This document shows positions 40,201-53,177 of a stretch of DNA of 64,000 nt, one piece after another (positions within the stretch are counted from its first letter, which is position 1; each line of letters starts with the position of its first letter). The notes beneath the pieces were generated by a model. The model had not been told where the DNA came from and ran no database searches. It worked only from the letters and a program-made list of their open reading frames with translations. Location: NCBI GenBank assembly GCA_002245135.1, contig NGBS01001165.1:62001-126000 (forward strand). Direction: 5' to 3'. This DNA comes from Proteromonas lacertae. Taxonomy: Eukaryota. A program made the translations under genes and the position numbers.

Positions 40201-43200
40201 ATTGTACAGTGATCTACATACCTCCTGTATTGGTTGTCCACCTGGTACTTATAGTATAGATACTAGTAGATTGAATTGTTCACTATGTGAACCAGGTTAT
40301 GTTTGTTTAGGTAATACAAATACTCAATATCCTAAAGATATAACAGTAGATCATGGTTATTTTTGCCCTAAAGGTCATTATTGTCCTAAAGGATCCTATG
40401 ATCCAATAGAATGTCCACCTGGCACTTATAATCCATACTTAGGCCAAGAATCAATGGAATCATGTTTGGCATGTGAGAGAGGTTATTATAATCCAAAATA
40501 TGGTCAAGAAGGCTGTTTTATTTGTTCATCCAGTAGTACATCTGAAAGAAATTCAACAAGTTGTCAATGTATTGGTTCATTAAGATCCTACCAAGAAAGT
40601 GATGGATTTTGTGTATGTCCTCCAGGCTTTGAGTTTTATGTTGATGGAATAAGTCATCAAGGAGATGGTACTGAAGATTGCCAACCAATTGTATATGATC
40701 GATGTGGAATAGGTAAAGTAAGAAATGATGGTGGTGAATGTGTATCAGCTAGTAGTGTATGTAATGATTATTGTAAAGATACTACAAGTGGTAGTGGTAG
40801 TTATATTAAAGGAACAGGTGTATGTGAATGTTATGGAACAAAGCCAACTGATGAAATATGTAATGAAGAATGTAGAAATGATGTACCAAAAGTGACATAT
40901 GATGAAGATGGAAATCTAAAAGTGAATGATCGATTAATAGCCAATTCAAATAATAATGATGAAATATATGGATGTTGTAAAACTACCTGTAATATCACAA
41001 GTATTAGAATCAATAGTAAGAATCAGTATGAAGGTATATTTGGAGTTACATCTAATCTGAAGAGAGAATTACAAGATAATAATAATAATAATACAATTGT
41101 AAATCCAATTATTTGTATTGCTCCAGGTGATGCTGTATTATTTGATTTAACCAACGGTTATCCAATTTATAAAAAAGATTCGTTACTTAATACAGTTGAT
41201 AATTTCGATTATGGTGAATTTAGAGCATTAGAAGAATTAATAAAAGCCAATGAAACAGTTACAACATTCATCTACCAATTTACATTGAATGGAATTTATG
41301 TATTTGTCAATAGTAATGATGAAACAAAAGATATAATCATTCATGTGAAGAACAATTCAAGATGTGATAGTAATATCAACTCTCGAAGATCATCCTATTT
41401 CAATAAAGAAGCAATCTCATTACAAGATGATGACTTGCTATTAAAGCCATTATGGGAATTCTTAATTCCATTAATCTGTTTCTTATTTGTAGTTTTATTC
41501 ACAATGATAGCAGTAATGTATTTCTATAGAAGATTAAGATGGGGTAAGTATGCAATGAGTTTAGCAAAGAAGAAACTGAAAGAAAAGATTAAAAATGAAA
41601 AGATGAAAGAATTAGAAGGAATTAAAGAAGAAGAGGAAGATGATGATGGAAAGCCAAAAGATGGCGTTTTATTAGTCAATCATAAAGATAAAGTAAATCT
41701 AAACGTAGAACCATTAGATACAAATTTATTATCCAATTCCATAGAAGATCCAAGAGAATTGATCGGTAATATTCATTATCATCATGTTACAGTAACTCAA
41801 TCATCCAAGACACAAGTTGAAACAATCGATGATATGTTAAATACCTTAAAGAATGAAACAGAGAAATTAAAAGCATTAATGTCTTCTATCAAGTTGAATT
41901 CTACACCTGAAGATCATAATAAAGATGATTTATTTAATAGAGAAAGATTAATATTAGAAACAATAGAAAATGAGATGAAAGCTGATGAATTGAATGATAA
42001 TAGAAAGATGAATTTGCAAAGTAAAATTATTGATGATATTAATAATATGATTGGAACATTAGCTGTTGGAAGTGTGGAGTTAAGTAATAGAATAGTGAAT
42101 GAATGTGTAGAAAATGAAAATGGTGAAGAAAGTAACAACAATTTAGATGAAAATGGAAATATTCAAGTGTATGATAGTGAAAAGATTAATGAAATAAATA
42201 GTAAAATTGCTGATTTAGATAATAGACTAAGTTTATTGAGAAAAGTAGCTGAAGATACGTCTCATAGAAGAGATGGAAATGCTCCAATCATAGCTGCTGC
42301 AAATACATCACAATTATCTGAAGAAATGATTGACCAATTGAATGAAATAGAAGAAAGAAATAAAGCGAATGATAAAGACTTGAATGACTTTATTGAGAAA
42401 TTAGAGAATATTCATAAGAATATATTAGACTTGAAATCTGAATTGAATAAATTAGAAAATGAATATCAACAAGATGTATTAGATAATCCACTGATGGTTG
42501 AAGATCTGAAGAAGAAATATAAAGAAAAGATTAATTTAGTATTAGGCAAATTAAATACAGAGTATAACAAACTACAAGATATAATTGGTTCACATAAGAA
42601 TGAACAAGATATAAATATCCAACAAAAGAGGAATGATACTGATATATTAAATGAAATGATAAAAGATGAGAAAGACAGATTAGATCAAAATGAAGAAGAA
42701 TTAAAGAGAATACCTGAAAAGAAGAGTAAGAAATCAAGTGTAATGATGACATTCTTTGGTAGACATTTAGAACCCAATGAATTACCAGAAGACTTGAATG
42801 AATTACATGAAAAAGAGAATAAACTATTAGAAGAAGAAATAAAGAAGAAAGAAGAAGAAGATTTGAATAATTTGAACAACCAAATGTTGGAAGAACAGAA
42901 TAAGTTATTTAGTGATGATAGTGAAATAAATGAAGCTAAAAAGAAAGAGATTGAAATGGATGAAAACTTGACTGAAGATGAGAAGAAGAAATTATTCGCA
43001 GATTTAGAGAAAGACCAACAAAGAATATACAATACTTTAGAAATGGAAAGAAAAAGGCAAGAAGAAGACTTAAAGAACAGATTATTAGAGAGAAAATTGA
43101 AAATGAAGAGAAGACAAATGAGAAAACAGCAAGAAGATGAGATTCAAGCATTATTAATGAAAAAACAGAAGGAAGAAGCTGATTTACTTGAAGAGAAAGG

Positions 43201-46200
43201 CAAATTAGAAGCAAAGAGATTAGAAAATGAAATGAAGCACAAAGATGAAGAAGAAATATTGAATAGTGTAATCGCTAATTCAATCAAAACAAAAGATGAT
43301 ACATTAAAAGCAGATGATGTTGTTGAGTATAAGAATAAATTAGAAGAAGAAATGAAGAAGAAGAAAGAAGAAAAAGAAAAACAATTAGAGGAATTAAGAC
43401 AGAACTTTGAAAAGGAAAGAATAAAAGTAGAAGGAGAATTGAAAGACAAATTGCAAATAGAAAGAATGAAGAAAATGGCTGATATGAGATTGAAACAGAA
43501 GGAAGAATTACAGAAATATAAAGAGGAAAATAATATAACAAATGATGAAGATATAAGTAAAGACTTCTTAGATGAACAGAAGGAAGAATTACAAAAATTA
43601 GAAGAAGAGATAAAGAGAAATCAAGAAAGTGAATTGCATCATTTCAACAATGAAAAGAGTTTAGAATTATTAAGTAAAGAGAATGAAATAGAAGATAATT
43701 ATAATAATGAATTGGATGTATTACATAAGAACTTAGATATGGATTATGAAAGAATAACAAGTCATTTAGAAATAGAAAAATCACGTCAAAACGATATATT
43801 AAAAGAAAAATTAGAAAGAAGAAGAAAAATGCAAGAAAAGAGATTATTACAAAAACAAGAAGAAGAGAGAAAAAGACAAGAAATGGATCATGAGAGTCAA
43901 ATTAAACAATTGAAAAATCGATTAGAGAATGAAGGAGGAGATTGGTGGTGGGAAGAATCAATTACAAGAAATATAAAAGAAGAAATGAATGATTTATCAT
44001 TAGAAGAACAGGAAATAATAGCCAAAAAGAAAGAAGAAGCTGAAAAGCAATATAAAGAAGAGATGCAAAAACAAGAAGAGGAAGAATTGAAGAAGATAGA
44101 AGAAGAAAATGAAAGAATAAAACAAGAAGAATTGAGAAAACAGGAAGAATTAATAGAAGCAAAGAAAGAAGCAGCTAAGAAGGAATTGAGAGAGAAATTC
44201 CAACATATGGAAAATGATCCAAATTACACACAAGAACAATTAGAAGCCTTAAGAAAACAACACGAAGAGCAAATACAAAGTTGTAGTGAAGCATTAGACA
44301 ATGAAAAGGAAAGACAAAAGCAATTATTAGAAGAGAAATTGAAAGCTAAAAAGGCAAAAAGACAATTGGCAATGAAGAAGAAATTAGAAATGGAAATGGA
44401 GAAGAAAAGAGATGAAATTAATAATCAATTTGATGAGATGAGTAGACCAAAGATGTTAGAAAGAGAAAGAAAAGCAATTATGGATATGATAGAGAAAGGA
44501 GAAATTCCAGCCAATAAGATTGGAGAAGCTATAACTGCTATTTTACAGAAAAGACACGATGAAGAATTGAATGTATTATTAACAAGACAATATAAAGAAA
44601 GAGCATTAATAATAAAGTCAACTTTAGAAGAATTCTTTGAAGAAAAGAATAAGAAGAGATTAGATAAGATAAATGAAATGAAGAAAGAAGGATTAACGCA
44701 AATACAACAAGAAAGGGAGTTAGAGAAATTTGACAATGAATATATCGAGAAACAGAAAGAAATAGAGAATAATGCTATTTATGAAATTAGATTGAAACAT
44801 GAGAATGAATTAAATGATCTAAATAAGAGGCAATTGAAAGAAAAATCAGAAACCTATCAACAATTAATACCACCAGAAACACTTGAATCATTTATGAAAG
44901 AAAATGAAAGAGATTTCAAACAATATCAAATGGAATTACAAATAGAAAAAGAGAAGAGAATTAAAGCAATTCAAGAAAAGAATAAGAAAAATCAAGAAGA
45001 ACTTGAAGCAAAAGCGAAAGAAGAAATGGAAAAATTAGAACAAGAACAACAAAGTAAATTAGAAGAAGAAATTCGTAAGAACAAAGAACAAATGGAATTA
45101 AGAAGAGAAGAATTATTGAATAAGCAAAAGGAGATACAACAATTAAGATTAGCTGAATTAGGTAATTTGAATGATGAAGAGAAAGGAAAGATTATAAAAC
45201 AATTTGAACAAGATCGTAAGAATATGGATGAATATTTATTGAATGAACATGATAGACAGAGTGAATTAATGTTAAAGAAACTGAATGAAAGAAAGGCAAG
45301 AAGGCAACAGAAGAGAGATAGAGAAATTCACCAAGCAATCTTAGAACAAAAGAGAAAAGAAGCTGAAGAAATTGAAATAATTAGAAAGAAAGCTGAAGAA
45401 GAAGCTGAAAGACAAAAGAAATTAGCAGAAATAGCAGCAGAAGAAGAAAGAAAAAGAAAAGAAGAAGAAGAAAGATTGAGAAAAGAAGAGGAAGAAAGAA
45501 AAGCAGCAGAAGAAGCTCAAGTTCAAAAGGAATTAGCAGAAGCAGCAGCTGAAGCAGAAGCAGAGAAAGAAAGAAAGAGAAAACAAGAAGAAGATGAAGA
45601 TAAACGATTAGAATTAGAAGCTCGACTATTAGAAAATCCATTAAATATCGTTGTGCCAGGTATGTATTCTGATTCATCAGTACCTCCAGAGATATTTGAA
45701 AGAATAGAAAAAATAGAAAAGATAATATCACAAATTAAGAGTTATAGTGGAATTAGTAATGATAATAATAGCAATTTGAATAATAATAATAATAATAATA
45801 ATTTCACTGGATTAGATGAAATAGATGAAATTACCACCAGAAGGTGTTTTACAGTGGGTAAAAATCAATGACTTAACTGAGAAAGAGTATTTACATTGGG
45901 ATTATTTACATGACTTTTTAGTGTATATTAACTTTGATAGATTGAATGTAATACCAGCTGAATCTTTACCAGAGAATAACTATATTAATAATTGTTATAG
46001 AAATTCATTCTATTTAGATTTATCTAATTTGGAAAATCCAATTTTATACATTAGAAGACAGAAATTACAGAATTTTGGACATTTAATGATGTTAATCATT
46101 CATTGTATTTCACATATTCATAGTAATATGATGGATCTCTCAAATGATAATAATATTGAGTTTATGGAGAGTTATTATATTTATTTAAGATATTATATAC

Positions 46201-46967
46201 AATATATATTCCGATTAAAGAGTGAATTAGATATGAAAGAGAATATTAGTTTGAATAATGATGATAAATATACAATTCCATTACTTAAAATGAATGAAAA
46301 TTCAACAACTGGTAATAATGATAATGAGATTAAACCAAAAGAAAAGAGAAAATCAGTTAAAAGTGAAGATAATAATGATCATGATGATGAAATGAGTGAA
46401 GATGAAGAGGATGAAGAAGAAGACGATGATGATGATGATGATGAAAGTAGTGAAAGTGATTTTGAAGATGTTGGTGATGAGATAGAGAATAGATTACAGA
46501 AATATGAAGTATTTAATAAAGCATTAGAGTTATATAATCAAGCTAAAATCCCAACAAAAGTTGTAGAAGTGAATGAAGAAGAAAAAGGAGAAGAAGAAAA
46601 GGGAGAAATAATAAAAGAGGAAGAGACAATAAAAGAAGAGAAATTAGAAAATGATAGAATGGAAATAAAGACAAGTTTAGATATTACAATTAGAACTTTA
46701 AAAACAAGAATAGAAAATGAAGAAAAGATTAATAACAGAGATTTAGAGACTTTGAAACAATTGAAAGGTGATTTGGAAGATATGAATCACAGAAAGAAAG
46801 TAGAAGGTGAGACAAAAAGCTTATTGAAGATGATTGATAATTGTTGTGAAGATGTTCAGAATTTGATGCAAACTGTGAATGATAGAAACAAATTAATAAA
46901 GAAATTGAAGAAGGATATGAAGACATACGAAAATGAAAAGATTAAGTATGAAAAGAATCAAAAATAG
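25222..46967 (+). CDS. Giant (~7,240 aa) type I membrane protein: signal peptide, Cys-rich GCC2/GCC3 (ephrin-receptor-like) repeats, one TM, long coiled coil and C-terminal domain; +1 break at ~45829
   Basis: Signal exon 25222-25279 (MKLYGLFLIFTFFSSIYSL), then intron 25280-25307. CPxGxYC repeats run ~26590-41000, the TM (LIPLICFLFVVLFTMIAVMYFY) is at ~41460-41530 and the E/K/Q coiled coil runs to ~45620. The protein continues in ORF 45825-46967. Confidence 0.88.
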
Positions 46968-47095
46968 AAATCATTTAAATAATTATATTTTCGTTTTAAA
47001 ATTGTGTTTATTATTATTTTTAGATTTTTGTAATTTTTACAGGTTTTATACACAATATTTCATTTATAAAATATATATTATAATTAGATAAACAA

Positions 47096-50000
47096 TTATT
47101 TAGAAACTAATTGCTCCAAATTTGTTCTAACTTCATCATCAGCTATTCTAGTAAATAATAAGACAACAATTATTATACAAAGAGACCCAACTATCATGAA
47201 ATACATTTCTAACGATTTTACAGTTTAATGGACCACACTGAATATTTATTTCATTCACCAAATAGTTAATTAACACATTTTGAATTAAATGTTGATTAGT
47301 TTCTCTTAAATGTCTAAAGATTTGAGTTATTACTATCTCATATTCATATTCACATAAATGTCTTAGTTTATCTTCAACTAATGCAGAACTATTCATTCTA
47401 CGACAGATTATTGTATTGTTTTTATTATTGTATAAATCAAATGATGATTTTTGTTTTTCCAATCTTAAACCAACTATTGAAAGAAACATTATTATCATCT
47501 CTAAACATTTATCTTTCAAATTATCATTATTTCGAATGTCTAACATTATATTATAAAATTATATTATCATACTTTCCATATCACTTTCTTTAATCATGTT
47601 ACTGTTTATGGAGGATGGGAAATAGATTGAATAATCATAAGCGAAGTCTTCAATCATTAATTCTCGAGCTCTATCTGGTTTAGGATTATATAATGGAGCT
47701 TGATGGCCAGTAAATAATGAGACTTGACTACCATTTATATAACTCAATATCTATATATTACATATTTTATATATTTTATATATTTTATACATTAAAATGT
47801 TCATAATCAAATGATAAATATGAAGAAATGGCTGTGAAATTCTCTTCCACACTTAAAAATGTATTTTGCAGTTTTCTATATTCATTCTCTTGTAATAAAC
47901 CTTTTGAATAAAGTAATTCTATTTGAGAGTTGAATTCGTTTGTTAGTCCATCTTTTAATCGAGATAAATCTTCACATTTCTGCTTCAAATTCTGATTCTC
48001 TTGGATTAATTTGTTGTATTTTTCAGTATAATCAGCTTCAATAAATGCATTTTCTCTATCCTTCTCTTTGTTTAATGATTCTATTAATTCACTGTTTTGT
48101 TTTTTCAATTTGTCTATTTCATTTTGAAGTGTTGGATTCTCTTTCTTTAATTCATTATTTTCTCTACTCAATTTGACATTTATATCATTCAATTTCTCTT
48201 TTTCTGATTCTAATTGGTCAATTATTAATTCCATGTTCTTAACACTCTCTAAATCTGGTAAACCAATGTTATTATTAACATTCTATACAAATATATAATA
48301 ATTATTATATATATTATATACTTTCTTCAATTCACTTATTTCTTTTTCTAATTCTCCATTTCTATTATCCAAGTTAGTTAGTTCTTCATTCAATTGTCTT
48401 ACTTCTTCTTCTAATTTCGCTTTTTCTTTGTTTATAGCAGCTAAATTCTTCATTGCTGTAGTTGGAATAAAGTCATTCGATATTAACAAATCACTTCTAT
48501 TCTCATTATTATTCAATATCATTGTCTTAGATAATGGATAATTTGTCTCTCTTTGATTAGCTGTATCAATATTTCTTGTTCTGAATTGCCTCTTTATTCT
48601 ATTGATATTCTCAATATTTGACTTTTCCATTGATTCTATTTCTACACATTTACTTTCATAGTTTTGTTTATAATATGTTAAATCGTTGGTTAATTTATCA
48701 ATTTCTTCGTGTAAAGAGTTCATATTTTTCTTATTATCATCTTTCAATTTGACTATTATTTCTTCATAGTTTTCTAATAACATGTTCTTTGTTTCTGAAG
48801 CATCTTTTTCTACTTCCTTTATACGGTTTTCTAAATTGATTTTTTCTTTAGTAAGACTTTCAATTGTTTGACGATTTTCGTTGATTGTCTTTTGATTCTC
48901 TTCTAAGAATTTCTTTAATTTATTAACTACATTTCCTTCAGTCAAATCATCATTATCAAACCTCGTAATTTGAGAGTTTGTAAGTGTTCCAGCGAAGTTT
49001 TGAATTGAAAATTCATTTTGAATTTCTAACATCTTTTCTTGATATTCTTTCTATTCATTATATTATTATTATTATATAAAATACATTCTTCAACTCAATT
49101 TGTTGTTGTAAATTGGATATATTCAATTGTAACTCTTCCACTTTCTTTTCAGCATTCTTTTTATCATAATTCAATTGATTCTATACAATAATAACAATAA
49201 TAATATATAATACAATAGTATTTTCACTTTTATTCTTCAAATTCTCATTCTCTTCTCTCAATGAAGTATTTTCTCGTTTTAAGTTTCCAATTTCCATTTT
49301 CAATTTGTTATTCTCTTCATGACTCTTTCTCAATTCTTCAGTTAATAATTCTATCTTTCTTTCTAATTCTTTTATTCTATCTTCATACGAATCTTTATCA
49401 GGGAATGAAGCTAATAATTTCGCTTTTTCTTCTTCTAAATTCTTAATTTTTGTTAAATCATTTTCATGTTTTTCATTATAATCAGTCAATTTTTCATTCA
49501 ATAATTTGATTTCTTCTTCATACGCTTCTTCTTTAGATAAATAATCTGCATTTTCACCTTCTCCTCCTTCTTTTATACCAATTTTTATATCACCACCTTC
49601 ATATTCACGTAATTTTCTTTTCAATTGATTAATAACATTCTGTAGCTCATGAACTGATGGTATAATATTCTTATATACTTCATGTTTAATCAATTTTGCT
49701 CTTTCACCAAATCTTAGAGTAGATATTGTTTCTTCTTTATTACAAATTGCAGGACTACAACATAATATTAAGGAAGTGAGGCAGTTACCACTTAATGACT
49801 GTTTTAATAATTTTGTTAAAACAGATTCACGGTATGGAACATAATCATCTTTTTTGGCTTTCATATTTTCTGTTAAAGCTTTTATAACTTTACCTAAGGT
49901 GGTTAGTGATTGATTAATCTTCTTGCCTTCTTCTCTTCGATGTTCATCATCACCAGATGCTTCAAATTTCTCACTTCCAGCTAAATCTACTAAACTAAAC

Positions 50001-50795
50001 ACACTAGTCGAGATTTTACCATCACTTTTATCTCGTTTTTGGATATTTAATAATAAAACTGAATGACTTCTGGAAGATCGATCATTCATGGTTGTTGCTG
50101 CTGTTGTACGATTCTTACAGCCGATTTGGTATAAATGAATCATGTCTCTTTCTGTTAATACTTTCTTACGAGTTAAATCTTGAACATAAAAACCAGTTTT
50201 AGTTGCACCTCTGATTTGAAGATTTTCTTTTGATGGATCTAATAAATCGTTTACTTTTTCCATATATATTTCTAACATAGACATCTATTATTTATATTAA
50301 TATTTCATATTGTATATACTTCAATGGTAATCTCGAAATTCTCTTGATTCACTTGTTGAGCTTCATCAAGTGCTCTAAATATTCTTGGTATTAAACCCAT
50401 AGTATTTTCATTAAGTTCAAGTATTTTTGGACCTTCCATTGTGTGTGTTTTACCTGATGAAGTCTGACCATAGGCAAATATGGTTGAATTAAATCCGTCT
50501 AAAACGTATTTTATGTGATTTTTCCCAATAGCATTATACCTATTAACCTTATTAAGTATTAGCACATACATTGTGATTTGGTCTGTTGTATGGTCAAAAA
50601 CACCATCAAAACTATATGTATGACCTTCCATAACAACAGCATTCTACAATAGATATTTAATCTATACTTCTGTAAGATTATCAGTACAAGGTTTGGCTCC
50701 TAGTCTAGCTTCTCGTTCATTTGTAGGACGAAAACGGGCATATACCTAAAAATAGAATAAAAACGCGATACAGAGAAAGCTTCAGGTTGTGACAT
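47096..50795 (-). CDS. Kinesin motor, kinesin-1 heavy chain-like; about 10 introns
   Basis: VYARFRP, GQTSSGKT, MNDRSSRSH, VDLAGSE, INQSL, VPYRES and LSGNCLTSLILCCSP...ETISTLRFGERAK, followed by a coiled-coil stalk. Confidence 0.92.
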
Positions 50796-50974
50796 TTTTT
50801 TGTTTCTGGCTTGAAACAAAGCTTGATAGAATGTGTAAAAACAATCAAAAAAACACTAATTGTCAAAACTTTATTTTGTCTCTAAACATTTGCATCACCA
50901 AATTATTGAACTATTGTTCATTTTTACATCATTTATGAATATAATATCACAATATAATTCGTATAGAATGAAAA

Positions 50975-52086
50975 CTAATTAGATTTAGATTTAACTTTCT
51001 TACCAGACTCTCTTTCTTCATAGTATTTGTGAAACTCAGCATAATCTGTACTGTTTAAACTGACACATTTCACTTTCATCATTCTAGACATAATTTGTCT
51101 TAATTCGTTTGTATAATCTTCAATTGAAGTTTCTTTTGATTTTGGAGGTATACAATCACTATTTAAGCAATGTACTATCATTACACATGTTATCTGATAA
51201 GCTAACAACAATAAGTGTCTAATTAACGAACGAGCAGAGTGTGCAGGTGAAAAATACTGATAAGCATATCTATACATCAAAATTACAACATAATTAATAC
51301 TTTGATACAACAATATGTATTTTAGGTAGATTATCTCCTTTATATGTCTTTAAAAATGGTAAAAATTCTATAACAGCCTTACCATTTGTTTTACATCCTT
51401 CAGGAAATATTAGAATTGGGCCATTTAAATATTTCACAGCTTCATTGAGTGTAATTGAATTATATCTTTCAAAATCACTTCTAGAAAGTAAACTATCAAG
51501 TAATATTTCAGCATAATTCCTTGGCACTAATTGACCATCCTTTTTAACTTGATAAAATGCAGGAAAAAATCTAAAAGTTAAGTATAAAACTTCGAAAAAT
51601 GATTGATGATTAGTAATAACAATTTCGTTTGATTTAGGTGAGAATTCTTTCTGTGGTTTATCTCTATATCATATACATAAAATAATATAAGTTAAATACA
51701 TCACTCTAAGTTGTTTAGGATTACTAAATTCTTCTTTATAGAAACATCCACAAATCTTTAGGAGTACTTTTGTCTGTATTGAAAGAAATATAGATCCAAA
51801 TAACTTCTTCAATGCTGTAGTAGGTATCTATAATATTAAATTAGGTAGATATACCATAGAAGTAATAATTGCTGTTAAAAGATAGAGTGGAATTAAAACC
51901 ATAAGTAAAGGTATTTTTATGATTATTAAAATAACACCAACTATGATCCTTATATACTTTATGTAGACATTGCTTGGATATTTCATATATTCAGGAAAGA
52001 ATGGGTTAATTCCAGATTCCTTGTCATCCCATCTGCAGTATGCTTCCTATTAGTTCAATTAATGCTAATTGATTGTTTTATACCAT
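50975..52086 (-). CDS. Lysophospholipid acyltransferase (LOA1/Vps66-like, LPLAT superfamily); 4 introns
   Basis: M|EAYCRWDDKESGINPFFP resembles the LOA1-type N-terminus. A hydrophobic segment is followed by TNHQSFFE and IFPEGCKTNG. Confidence 0.75.
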
Positions 52087-52368
52087 TTTAAAGCAAAATG
52101 AAAAATTATGTAACGATCAAATTTTATAAATACTTTTTTTTAGTTGTTAATCATATTGCGGTAGTTTAAACACTCCAGTGTTTTCCTTAAGTGTCTAATT
52201 ACGCTATAACTAAGTGAAAGAGGTTAATGTACTTAAATTTTACTCAAAACCTATAAATAGGCGGTTAGATCAATGGAATTTTTCATATGTGATGTTCTTT
52301 ATGGTTTAAATATAAATACAACGGAATATGGTGATGATGATAAACCATAAATAGCTATTAAAGAAATT

Positions 52369-52392
52369 TAATCGTAAATCGATTTACGATTA
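52369..52392. repeat. Perfect 24-bp palindrome TAATCGTAAATC|GATTTACGATTA
   Basis: The left 12 nt are the exact reverse complement of the right 12 nt, with no loop. Confidence 0.95.
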
Positions 52393-52469
52393 GGGTATGG
52401 GATATCTTTTTTTATATTTTTAATTTAATATGATGCATAAATAAAAAGTGACAAAACTTTAGGATTTAA

Positions 52470-52872
52470 GAATTATACCCCTTCTAACATCAGTGTTTTC
52501 ACACAAACGATTTTCAAACTACATTCATTTTATTTTTTTGATTTTAAAACTATTAAAATAGTATATATTATTATACTTTTTTGATTTCAATGCTGATAAA
52601 AATAAATCACTACCCAATTCTTACTACCTTCTTGTCTTTGAAGTATAAAATACCATCCTTTATGGAATACTTATTTCTTTTATAGTTAACAGCGTTGTTA
52701 ATATAAAGCTATACTTTCTCCTTAGTGAATGTTCTAGTGCTTTTCTTTGTATAGGAAGAGCCTACTTCATGAGAATTTGTTTCAATAATATATAAATATT
52801 TAGTTCTGCTACAAAGAAAACAATGTCCATTTGATATCATCCTGGCTTTTTTATGCTGGCATACAATCGCAT
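52470..52872 (-). pseudogene. Possible decayed rve-type (Polinton/virophage/retroelement) integrase fragment
   Basis: Collinear motif fragments across frames and stops: PG*YQMDIVFF, IETNS..ALPIQRK, KVVRI/GSD..SALKSK and NRL/VKTL. Confidence 0.35.
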
Positions 52873-53149
52873 ATATTCAAGAAATGTAAATGATGTAGAA
52901 GAACTAAAGATTGTAATTGAGATTATTCCATTATTTCTGATTTGTAATTGATATTAAATATTGCTTCCATCTTGTAATTGTTAACAATCCTAGAGGTGAT
53001 TTTTATTAGATTTAAAGTGTAATTAGTCACTTTAAAAATACTAGAGCATTTAAAAATTTCATTTAAAAGAATACTCGTTACATTTTTCTTTTTTACCTAA
53101 GACAACAGACAAAATCATTATATTGAAATGAACTGAGCTGCTGATTATA

Positions 53150-53157
53150 ACAAACAC
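53150..53157 (-). promoter_or_regulatory. TGTTTGTT 3'-end processing-like motif
   Basis: It reads TGTTTGTT on the minus strand about 22 nt downstream of the stop at 53178. This matches the motif known near Blastocystis polyadenylation sites. Coordinates are accurate to +/-1. Confidence 0.45.
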
Positions 53158-53177
53158 TAAAAAACAATTTAAATAAA

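Noticed and set aside
25924..46926. Many short antisense and alternative-frame ORFs within the giant gene
   Set aside because: They are shadows of repetitive Cys-rich and coiled-coil codon usage, with no recognisable domains.
52888..52943. Box C/D snoRNA (ATGATGT...CTGA)
   Set aside because: The C box is imperfect, the element is only about 50 nt and there is no recognisable guide sequence.
52911..52980. CRISPR-like array
   Set aside because: The repeat is only 9 nt with three copies, there are no cas genes, and the context is eukaryotic.
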